DNA of 64,000 nucleotides, from positions 24,297 through 88,296 of the IMG/VR virus record IMGVR_UViG_3300037245_003526; one strand, written 5' to 3'. Position numbers and translations under genes: made by a program. Of this stretch, positions 27,722-35,304 are shown piece by piece; the stretch's first letter is position 1; every line of letters begins with the position of its first letter. Source of the stretch: a virus. A model generated the notes under the pieces. The model saw nothing but the letters and a program-made list of their open reading frames with translations. It did no database searches and was not told the origin of the DNA.

Positions 27722-27937
27722 CTATCCTTCGTAAGTAATTCTTTTTTCTTTATTCCAAAGTTCGTTAGGATAACACATGTTTATCATCCTTTCCGCTTCT
27801 TCAAAAGTATCATAAGAGTACGGTTCAGATTTCTTTCCAGATGGTTTAACTTTATGCCACCCCCTCTCACCATCATTATTGATACTGAAAACTTCCATAT
27901 AAAATTTAATGACCAATACCTCCTTAGTATCCTTCAC
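27722..27937 (-). CDS. Hypothetical small protein.
   Basis: 71-aa ORF. Confidence 0.3.
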   Translation of the reverse strand: MKDTKEVLVIKFYMEVFSINNDGERGWHKVKPSGKKSEPYSYDTFEEAERMINMCYPNELWNKEKRITYEG

Positions 27938-28241
27938 AGTCCACTATTTGTATTCCTTCTGTTTCCTCCAAAAATTCCATCAATACTTCATCCTGTACAC
28001 AAAGATAATGAACCTCTTTACCTTTAGCTTTCATTTCAATTGCTTTTCTATGAAATTTATCAGATAAGAACCAACCTTCTTCCACTGCACCCTTCTCTAT
28101 TTGTTCATCAGTTAACTTTATAATCCTATAAAGTTTAGAAGCATTGAAGTTAGAAATTATATCACCCCCTTCTTTTCTTGAATCTGAAAGTAAAAATGTA
28201 ACAGAGCTACTATTGGTTACAAAATCTCCTCTTAATTTCAT
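27924..28241 (-). CDS. Member of the MKxKGDFVTNSSS family, with the variant motif SSSVTF.
   Basis: It starts MKLRGDFVTNSSSVTFLL. Confidence 0.6.
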   Translation of the reverse strand: MKLRGDFVTNSSSVTFLLSDSRKEGGDIISNFNASKLYRIIKLTDEQIEKGAVEEGWFLSDKFHRKAIEMKAKGKEVHYLCVQDEVLMEFLEETEGIQIVDCEGY

Positions 28242-28249
28242 AACACCAC

Positions 28250-29053
28250 CTATTCACATTTCTTCTGTTTTAAACCACTCCATCCATCAGATACACCAAG
28301 AGGAAATATCCTATCATTTACTGAGACACATAAATTACCATCCCTACATAAAATATTAGTTTCAGCTTTAATATTAGTTTCACATTCCATTGGTACTATA
28401 TCACCCCAATCATCAATGGCACCAATAGCAACTTCAGCTCCATTATAAAGTATATAAGCTTTCTTTTCCCTGCATATTATATCAATCATAGATGAGGAAG
28501 CTGATTTCTGTGCAATAGTATCCAACTTTTTTGCAAGAATATTTATACCCTTTTTGACTTGAGCAATACGTCTCTCAGTAGCATATTCTTTTACAGTTTT
28601 TTTAGCTGTATCAACAACAATCTCTTTTGCTGCATTTTTAGCTACTTTTTCTGAATATGCTTTGAAGTTTGGTATAGCTATAGCAGCCAATATAGCTATA
28701 ATAGAAATTACTATCATCAGCTCTATTAAAGTAAATCCACCTCCCCAACTACCACCTCCCTCACTTGGAGGACTTTCCAACTCACATATCTGTTTTTCAA
28801 ATTTTTCGATGTCTTTCTCACACTTTTTAATCTTTATGGTTACTCTAACTTCTTGTTCCATAGCATCCATTGTAGCTTTAACTTCATTTAATTTTTTAAC
28901 TTTATCTTTTAACTTCTTAACTTTATCCTCAACAGTCTCGGATATAAATTCACCTTGGGTAATTAAATTGACAATTCTTTTACCAACAAATTTCCATAAA
29001 CCCCAAGCAACAAATCCAATGAAAATTAACCCTATTATTCCCTGAGCAAACAT
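28250..29053 (-). CDS. Membrane-anchored coiled-coil protein with an internal type IV prepilin-like motif and a Cys-containing C-terminal domain.
   Basis: N-terminal TM helix, then a K/E-rich coiled coil, then GGGSWGGGFTLIELMIVISIIAILAAIAIPNF. That last stretch is a canonical class III signal with G|FTLIE, about 105 aa in from the start. The C-terminus has multiple Cys, as in pilin D-regions. Confidence 0.5.
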   Translation of the reverse strand: MFAQGIIGLIFIGFVAWGLWKFVGKRIVNLITQGEFISETVEDKVKKLKDKVKKLNEVKATMDAMEQEVRVTIKIKKCEKDIEKFEKQICELESPPSEGGGSWGGGFTLIELMIVISIIAILAAIAIPNFKAYSEKVAKNAAKEIVVDTAKKTVKEYATERRIAQVKKGINILAKKLDTIAQKSASSSMIDIICREKKAYILYNGAEVAIGAIDDWGDIVPMECETNIKAETNILCRDGNLCVSVNDRIFPLGVSDGWSGLKQKKCE

Positions 29054-29142
29054 ATTTTTATCTCCTTTTAATTTTAGAAAATGGGATCCCTAATTAAAGG
29101 GACCCCATTCTTATTAAATATATTTAATACTCTATAATTTAA

Positions 29143-30441
29143 CTATTTTTTTACTGCTCCCTTTGGTATATCCAGATTAAGACCAAGCTGCTTCAAAGCT
29201 ATAAGAGAAAGAACATCCTGCATAGCCAAAGCATCTCCATCTACTCCAGATTTTCCACTACCACCCATCATAACTGTTGGAACAGGTCTTATTGAAAAAG
29301 CATTTGCCCATACTTTCTGTACTCTTTCATAAGTTTTAAGCTTTTGTTCAAGAGCACCATCTGCTCTAAGGACAAGTTTCTTTCTTTCTGATTCACCCTG
29401 ACCCAATAGAATCAGCTCAGCTTTCTTAAATGCAGCAGCTTCCTTATCCAGCTTATTAACTGTCTTTCTTTGCTCACCACCAATTACAGCAACTTGTTTA
29501 TCCCTTTCAGCATTAAGTTCCTGTACCTCTTTATTCTTTTGAGCTTCAACTACAGCACGAACCTTCTTCTGCTCTTCCTCATATTTTGCTTTAGCAACCT
29601 TTGCTTTTCCCTGTGCCTCAATAGTAAGCTTCTCCTGCTCCGCTTTTTTGGCTTCAGTTATAGCAGTTGCAACAGCCATTAAGGATGCCTGTTGAGTAGC
29701 GATCTGTTCTTTAACCTTAGGTGCATATTCAAAAGTTTTAATCTCAAAGTTCTTGAGAGTAATACCTGTCCCCTCTAAAGGATTAGAAAGATATAGAGGT
29801 TGAGAGTTAGGTTTTCCATCTACCGTTTTAATAATTTTGAAAGTTTTATGAACCTTCTCACCAGATATAGGATCGATTACATCTCTTTCCTCATCCATTG
29901 TCTCATATAGACCATTCTCAACCTGGTCTCGTGCCCATGTATTATAATCAATTCTCTTAGAAGCATAAGACTCCTGAGCAGTCATCATATTTGCTGTCAT
30001 CCTCAGAGCATTACGAATAGTTGGAAGAATCATTTTATTTTGTACTTCTTCTGGAGATGCGTAACCATCTTCTGTTATAAGCTCTATAGCATCCTTTGCT
30101 CCAACAGGTAAAAGTACACGAGCAGTTCCTGAGATTTTACATAAGGAACCATCCACAAATCGTACCTCTATTGATTGATCATAACTTCCACCTTCTTCTA
30201 CATCATGTGTAAAGAAGAATGTAAATGCCTTTGGCCAGGTGTCAATGTCACCCCATAATTGAAGCCAAAGTCCTGGTTGCATTTTAGCAGACATTTTTCC
30301 TGTTACGGCTGCCTGCTTTATCTGATATGTACCTTTTCCTACAGTGCTAACAATTTTAGAAGCACATATCAAGGCTATAATAATACATATAACTGATATT
30401 ACTCCAATAACTACACCCCTGTTAATCTCTTGTTTTGCCAT
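29143..30441 (-). CDS. SPFH/band-7 (flotillin/HflK-like) membrane protein.
   Basis: N-terminal TM helix, an SPFH-like core (QPGLWLQLWGDIDTWP...SIEVRFVDG), and an EA-rich coiled coil (KKAEQEKLTIEAQGKAKVAKAKYEEEQKK). Confidence 0.5.
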   Translation of the reverse strand: MAKQEINRGVVIGVISVICIIIALICASKIVSTVGKGTYQIKQAAVTGKMSAKMQPGLWLQLWGDIDTWPKAFTFFFTHDVEEGGSYDQSIEVRFVDGSLCKISGTARVLLPVGAKDAIELITEDGYASPEEVQNKMILPTIRNALRMTANMMTAQESYASKRIDYNTWARDQVENGLYETMDEERDVIDPISGEKVHKTFKIIKTVDGKPNSQPLYLSNPLEGTGITLKNFEIKTFEYAPKVKEQIATQQASLMAVATAITEAKKAEQEKLTIEAQGKAKVAKAKYEEEQKKVRAVVEAQKNKEVQELNAERDKQVAVIGGEQRKTVNKLDKEAAAFKKAELILLGQGESERKKLVLRADGALEQKLKTYERVQKVWANAFSIRPVPTVMMGGSGKSGVDGDALAMQDVLSLIALKQLGLNLDIPKGAVKK

Positions 30442-30533
30442 TTTTCAAAATTCTCCTTACATAAGTTTTTTAATTAAATAACTTCACAATTTCACAATTT
30501 AACATAGTTTTCTACATTCAGTTTTTATTTTTC

Positions 30534-31238
30534 TTAATTACCTCCTTTCCCAGCTTCTGGTTTTAAATATAGATTAATATTAAAAGTACCTTTTTGTCGA
30601 TTTAATGACTTTGTTTCTTTATGTCCATGAATGGTTAGTCTTCCGTCTATTTCCTTATTCCATACCTCTCTTTTTCTAAGTTCTTCAGCAGAATAACAAT
30701 CAGAGGTATTTGCATAATAACCCATAGGATCTCCACCGTTCCAACCATCTCCTCTAGTTTCATTAACTGTTTGATCATATTCAACCATTATTTTTTCACT
30801 ATCAAAATTTTCAAATATTTTTGACATAATTAATTTAAATGTATGATAAGGCATTTCAGTTTTTGGTGAAGTTGTATTTGGTGATAATCCTTCATACTCG
30901 ATTTTTATTTTTGATCCATTTTTTTTAACTCTAACTTTATATGAACCACATGCACCACAATTTTCACAATCTATAACTTTACACATTTCTTTATCTTTCA
31001 GAGTATATCCATCTTCGAACTGGTCAGGATTTCTAATGAAACCTTCAAATTCAAGATTATCATGTTTAATTTTTAGAAATGATGAAAAACCTTTGAATTC
31101 AAGATCATTGCTCATAACTGCAGAAATAAATGATGGAAGATCTATTTCCTCATCTGTAAAAATATTTGTTTTTCCAATTCCTTTTAAAACAAATGATGTC
31201 GAACTACTATTAGTTACAAAATCTCCTTTTATTTTCAT
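30534..31238 (-). CDS. Member of the MKxKGDFVTNSSSTS family, long form.
   Basis: It starts MKIKGDFVTNSSSTSFVL and has the C-terminal GDGWNGGDPMGYY motif shared with 21992-22690. Confidence 0.6.
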   Translation of the reverse strand: MKIKGDFVTNSSSTSFVLKGIGKTNIFTDEEIDLPSFISAVMSNDLEFKGFSSFLKIKHDNLEFEGFIRNPDQFEDGYTLKDKEMCKVIDCENCGACGSYKVRVKKNGSKIKIEYEGLSPNTTSPKTEMPYHTFKLIMSKIFENFDSEKIMVEYDQTVNETRGDGWNGGDPMGYYANTSDCYSAEELRKREVWNKEIDGRLTIHGHKETKSLNRQKGTFNINLYLKPEAGKGGN

Positions 31239-31546
31239 TAACCCCTCCCTTTTTTAATAAGCCATTCAATACCCTCAGAAGCTGCAAAGAATATAAATAT
31301 ACATACTACTGCAATAATAGGTATTCCTACAAACAAACCCAGTATGACTACTACTGGTAACCACATTGGAGAAAGTACCCACCACCATGACCATGCGATT
31401 TTTCCAAGAAGTTTAAGAGTAATGAATATTAATGTAAGAATTTGAGGAAATTTTAAACCATTAACTACATATCTCTGTTTTCCTTCTAATAATTTCATTT
31501 GTTTTTTTAAAGAATCCCCAAAGGATTTTTTTCTCATTTCAACCAT
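31238..31546 (-). CDS. Small membrane protein, holin-like size.
   Basis: 102 aa with two or three TM segments. Its stop overlaps the start of the downstream family member. Confidence 0.4.
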   Translation of the reverse strand: MVEMRKKSFGDSLKKQMKLLEGKQRYVVNGLKFPQILTLIFITLKLLGKIAWSWWWVLSPMWLPVVVILGLFVGIPIIAVVCIFIFFAASEGIEWLIKKGRG

Positions 31547-31547
31547 T

Positions 31548-32957
31548 TTATTCTCCCTTCATAATTTTTAAGAACTGATCTTCATCGACCAGGACTCTTT
31601 TCATATCACTATTTATAAATATAAACTGAATTTTCCATTTCTTTTTATTATAAAATTCAAGTCTTTTATATAAAGTATTTTTAATATTAGGACATCCCAT
31701 ATCTACCATATCAATAATAATAGGAATCTTTTTTCCTTCTTTTAATCTATTTATTCTTCCTGCTAGCTGCTCCATATTACCAACAGGAGATGTAACTACT
31801 AAACAATCTAACCAATTAGCATCTACACCATCACGAATTTTATTTGGAGTCGAAAATACGACATTCTTTTCTAATTCTTTTCTACTCGAACCAGCTACAA
31901 ATCTTCCTTTATTTTCAAGTGGATACCAGTCATATAAAATATCAATTAATTTTTCTACTCTTTCACATATTACTAAAGCTTTTCTTTTTTCATTAGAAAC
32001 TTTCATAACAATAGATTTAACAATGTTCATAAATATTTTAGAATTCTTCATTATATTAAGATATCTTGCTCTTTGAAAGTTTCCATCCCAATGTAAATAT
32101 CTATATCTTCTTGGTTGGTCTATTTGATAATCAAAGCCTATTACAGTAACTCTTGCTGGCATTGTACCTTCAGTGCTCTCAATATTAAAAACTTTACCTA
32201 GATGATATTCAATAATATCTGTATTACCATCATATCTGTATGGTGTAGCACTCAATCCAAATGTTACTCTACATGGCATATGAATTGAGCATTCAGAAAA
32301 TGTTTCAGCTCCAACTGTTGTATGAACTTCATCAGCAATAAATATTCCAAATTTAGCTTTATTTAATTTAATTAAAAATCCAACTCTCTTTCTTTTCAAT
32401 AATGAAATAAATGTTTGATTAGTTCCTATAACTATTGGTTTATCCATTTCTTCATCAAATTTAGCAGAAGATAAAATTCCTATTTGATCAGATTCTAAAT
32501 TTGTGAATTCTACAATTCGATCTCTCCATTGTTTTACTAATGAGTCTCGGTGAACCAGTATAAATGACTTCTTTTTTCTTTCAGCAATTGCATAAATAGA
32601 TATTACTGTTTTACCAGTTCCAGGATTCAATTGAATTATAGCATTATCTTTCGTCAACATAAAATTCATAGTCTTTCTTTGAATATCGTTTCTTGCTATA
32701 ATATTATGCTCTATTTGAATATCTTTGCCTTCATGACTTGTATCAAGTACCTTAAAATCATAATAATTATGAATTGGAAAGAATCTAGGAACATTTAAAT
32801 GTCTTTCTGTTTCTAAAAAATATTTCTGAGTAGTAAAAAGATCAGAATTATATTCCTTTGTTTTTCTTGTTAGATGTGCTCTTATATTACAATAGAAATC
32901 AGTATTATCATATTTATTAGGAATAAGAAGTCCAGATCTTTTAATTATTGATATCAT
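31548..32957 (-). CDS. SF2 DExH-box helicase.
   Basis: Motif I NPGTGKT, motif II DEVH, motif III SAT, motif VI QLAGRINR. Confidence 0.7.
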   Translation of the reverse strand: MISIIKRSGLLIPNKYDNTDFYCNIRAHLTRKTKEYNSDLFTTQKYFLETERHLNVPRFFPIHNYYDFKVLDTSHEGKDIQIEHNIIARNDIQRKTMNFMLTKDNAIIQLNPGTGKTVISIYAIAERKKKSFILVHRDSLVKQWRDRIVEFTNLESDQIGILSSAKFDEEMDKPIVIGTNQTFISLLKRKRVGFLIKLNKAKFGIFIADEVHTTVGAETFSECSIHMPCRVTFGLSATPYRYDGNTDIIEYHLGKVFNIESTEGTMPARVTVIGFDYQIDQPRRYRYLHWDGNFQRARYLNIMKNSKIFMNIVKSIVMKVSNEKRKALVICERVEKLIDILYDWYPLENKGRFVAGSSRKELEKNVVFSTPNKIRDGVDANWLDCLVVTSPVGNMEQLAGRINRLKEGKKIPIIIDMVDMGCPNIKNTLYKRLEFYNKKKWKIQFIFINSDMKRVLVDEDQFLKIMKGE

Positions 32958-32967
32958 TATTTACCTC

Positions 32968-33444
32968 CTAACTTAGAGAATACTGTGCAGCTCCAGAATC
33001 ATTCTCCCAAACTCTTATAAAGCTAACTGTTGGATTATTTTTAAAATTAGCATCTCTTAAATCTTCGCTAAGTTTAAAATATAAATGTTCAGCAAAAACT
33101 TCTGCTGTAGGATCTTGTCCTATAGAACTTATAGTCTGAGTACGATAATCTTGCTTCTTAAAAAATTCTATATTATCCTTATCAACTATATTTAAAATAG
33201 TTGTATGATCAAATACTTTAAGCAAATCATTTACAATTAACTTTAAGTCATGAAAATCAAGAACCATATCATTTTCATTTAATGAATCCGATTTTAATTC
33301 AACTTCAATCTTAAGATTATGTCCATGGATATTCTTACATAACCCTTTGTGTTTACTCAGTCTATGACCAATAGGGATTTTGAATATCTTTCTTAGTCTA
33401 TACATTATTCCTCCTTTATATTTCAGTATATTGTTTAATAACAA
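32968..33444 (-). CDS. queD: QueD/6-pyruvoyl-tetrahydropterin synthase-family protein (6-carboxytetrahydropterin synthase-like).
   Basis: HRL, then the zinc motif CKNIHGH (Cx3HGH), then DFHDLK, DHT.ILN, and QDPTAEVFAEHLY. These sit in the same order as in QueD/PTPS. Confidence 0.75.
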   Translation of the reverse strand: MLLNNILKYKGGIMYRLRKIFKIPIGHRLSKHKGLCKNIHGHNLKIEVELKSDSLNENDMVLDFHDLKLIVNDLLKVFDHTTILNIVDKDNIEFFKKQDYRTQTISSIGQDPTAEVFAEHLYFKLSEDLRDANFKNNPTVSFIRVWENDSGAAQYSLS

Positions 33445-34750
33445 ACTTATTTATATTTTTTAATTTATCTTTAAAATCATCAACTTTATTTTTTATTTCT
33501 GTTGTATCAGTACTAATTGTTAAAAGTTTTTTGATTCTATATTTTTCAGTTAATGTTTTAATCATTTCTACATCGACGCCAGATATTTCGGATATATATT
33601 TATAATTTTTTATAAGTTCTTCTTGAGTAAGAACTTTTCCATATTTAGGTGCGAGAAGTTCAGATAGTGGGCGTCTTATTTTTTCTAAACATTCTAATTC
33701 ATTAATATAGATATTTGCTTTTGAAATCTCTGTATTTAACATATCATTATTAGTTGATCTAAACATTTTAAAAGTTTCAACTAACATTGTATCAATTGGA
33801 GTAACCTGTACATTACCATCAAGATCAACAGTATTTGTCTCAAATGGAACACTTCCTGTAACTGCATCTTTGATATTCTTATCAAGTTCCTTGAATATTT
33901 TAAATCTATTTCTTTGTTTTAATACTGAGAATACTATATTAGTTCCTTTTTCACCATTAGATGAATCAACATAACCAATATCTCCATTTTCTAATTGTTT
34001 TTTAATATTCTTCTTTTTTAATAAAGCTGCATCAAATCCTTTTCCTGGTGGCCAACTTTTAACTGTTATAGTACTTTTTACATTATTTTTTACTGTTTTA
34101 CCAACTACACTAATTTTCGCTTTACCAGTTGTTAAAAGCTGTTCAAGTTCCTCATCTGTTGCAGTTATTTTACAGTTAGAAATAGGTTTAATTATAGGTT
34201 TTGATAATTTTGGATTTAATTTCCAGTATAATCTTTTCCTTAAATCTTCTAATTCATAACAAGGAACCTTCGTACTATATCCAAAACCTATTCCTTGTAA
34301 GTATTCTTTTCCTAAAAGACATAATGGAAACATAGTAGGAAGATAAGAAGGTTCATCATCTAATTCAGATTCAACAAAATCAACATATTTTATATATTTG
34401 AATGCCATATTATTTATAAAACTTGATAATTTACATTCAGTGTATCTTTGTGCTGCTGGGGGTGATGGTATTACACCCAAATTATTACCAAAATTTCCTT
34501 GACCTATAAGAAATCCTTGTTTAACCAATTGAACTATGGTTCCGTATGTATCTCCGTGAGGATGAAACTTTGCTATACATGTTCCATTAACTCTAGCACT
34601 TTTAACCTCTTTATCCCTTGCTATCATATAAGACGTCAATAATATTCTTCTTTCTACTGGTTTAAGTCCGTCTATAGATAATGGTAAAGCTCTAGATTTA
34701 TTTACATATGCACCATAACTTGCATAACATTTTTTTATTAAATTATCCAT
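33416..34750 (-). CDS. Type II topoisomerase DNA breakage-reunion subunit (GyrA/ParC N-terminal, T4 gp52-like).
   Basis: DGLKPVERRIL...SARVNGTCIAKFHPHGDTYGTIVQLVKQGF matches the GyrA/ParC/gp52 signature. Confidence 0.75.
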   Translation of the reverse strand: MDNLIKKCYASYGAYVNKSRALPLSIDGLKPVERRILLTSYMIARDKEVKSARVNGTCIAKFHPHGDTYGTIVQLVKQGFLIGQGNFGNNLGVIPSPPAAQRYTECKLSSFINNMAFKYIKYVDFVESELDDEPSYLPTMFPLCLLGKEYLQGIGFGYSTKVPCYELEDLRKRLYWKLNPKLSKPIIKPISNCKITATDEELEQLLTTGKAKISVVGKTVKNNVKSTITVKSWPPGKGFDAALLKKKNIKKQLENGDIGYVDSSNGEKGTNIVFSVLKQRNRFKIFKELDKNIKDAVTGSVPFETNTVDLDGNVQVTPIDTMLVETFKMFRSTNNDMLNTEISKANIYINELECLEKIRRPLSELLAPKYGKVLTQEELIKNYKYISEISGVDVEMIKTLTEKYRIKKLLTISTDTTEIKNKVDDFKDKLKNINKFVIKQYTEI

Positions 34751-34772
34751 ATATCTCCTTTTTAAAAGTATG

Positions 34773-34887
34773 AGGGTCAGCCAGGATTTGAACCTGGATG
34801 GCTAGCCGGAAGGTTTATTTCTCTGGTTACTATTATCCAGCTCCGTTTGCCTACTAATAGCGTCTTCTCCAATTTCGCCACTGACCC
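34773..34887 (-). tRNA. tRNA-like element, about 115 nt. It has a canonical acceptor stem, a class-II-like D-arm and a T-arm, but the internal anticodon/variable region is too long.
   Basis: GGGTCAG/CTGACCC gives a 7-bp acceptor stem. The D-arm is GCG-AAATTGGAGAAGA-CGC, the same 3-bp D-stem type as tRNA-Leu. The T-arm is CCAGG-TTCAAAT-CCTGG, followed by a discriminator T. About 62 nt lie between the D-arm and T-arm, against the expected 22-37, and no clean 5-bp/7-nt anticodon stem-loop is found. Confidence 0.4.
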
Positions 34888-34909
34888 ACATATCATTTAT
34901 TCACTTTCT

Positions 34910-35101
34910 TCAACCTTTTTCTCTAAGTCTCTCTTGTTCTCTAGCTGCTTTTTTAAGAGCGTGCTTTTCTTCAATCTTCTCTTGTTTAAGTCTTCTCCTT
35001 TCTTTATTTATTACTGATCTACCTTCAGCTTTATAGCGGATGCGTGATTTCTTTTTTTGTCCTCTACCAATTTTTCTTCCTTTTCCTCCAGCGGCTGCCA
35101 T
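34910..35101 (-). CDS. Very basic small protein, possibly nucleic-acid binding.
   Basis: 63 aa, about 45% K/R (GKGRKIGRGQKKKSRIRYK...). Confidence 0.35.
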   Translation of the reverse strand: MAAAGGKGRKIGRGQKKKSRIRYKAEGRSVINKERRRLKQEKIEEKHALKKAAREQERLREKG

Positions 35102-35304
35102 TACACACCTCCCTTTCCTATTAATTTACAATCAACCATTTTTCCTTTTGGTTCAACTAACTCTTTTTTTCGTTTTGAATTACCCCATACACACATTTTA
35201 GTAATGGGTTCAAGATTGTTATCATACTCTGGATGGGAAACACACTTGGTACAAACCTTACATTGATTTGTATATACCTTTGTTCTTCCACTCATATTAC
35301 CCAC
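35101..35304 (-). CDS. Small Cys-rich zinc-ribbon-like protein.
   Basis: CKVCTKC...C..C pattern in 67 aa. Confidence 0.3.
   Translation of the reverse strand: MGNMSGRTKVYTNQCKVCTKCVSHPEYDNNLEPITKMCVWGNSKRKKELVEPKGKMVDCKLIGKGGV

Noticed and set aside
28250-29053. The pilin-like protein as two separate genes (a membrane coiled-coil gene plus a prepilin gene).
   Set aside because: No stop codon and no plausible ATG/GTG/TTG with a ribosome-binding site occurs in the about 40 codons before the G|F site. The ORF is continuous, so it is treated as one protein with an internal motif.
34910-35101. Basic 63-aa protein as a phage-encoded ribosomal protein bS21, since it lies next to the tRNA-like element.
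   Set aside because: It lacks the conserved bS21 N-terminal ALRRFKR-type core. Only generic K/R richness is shared.
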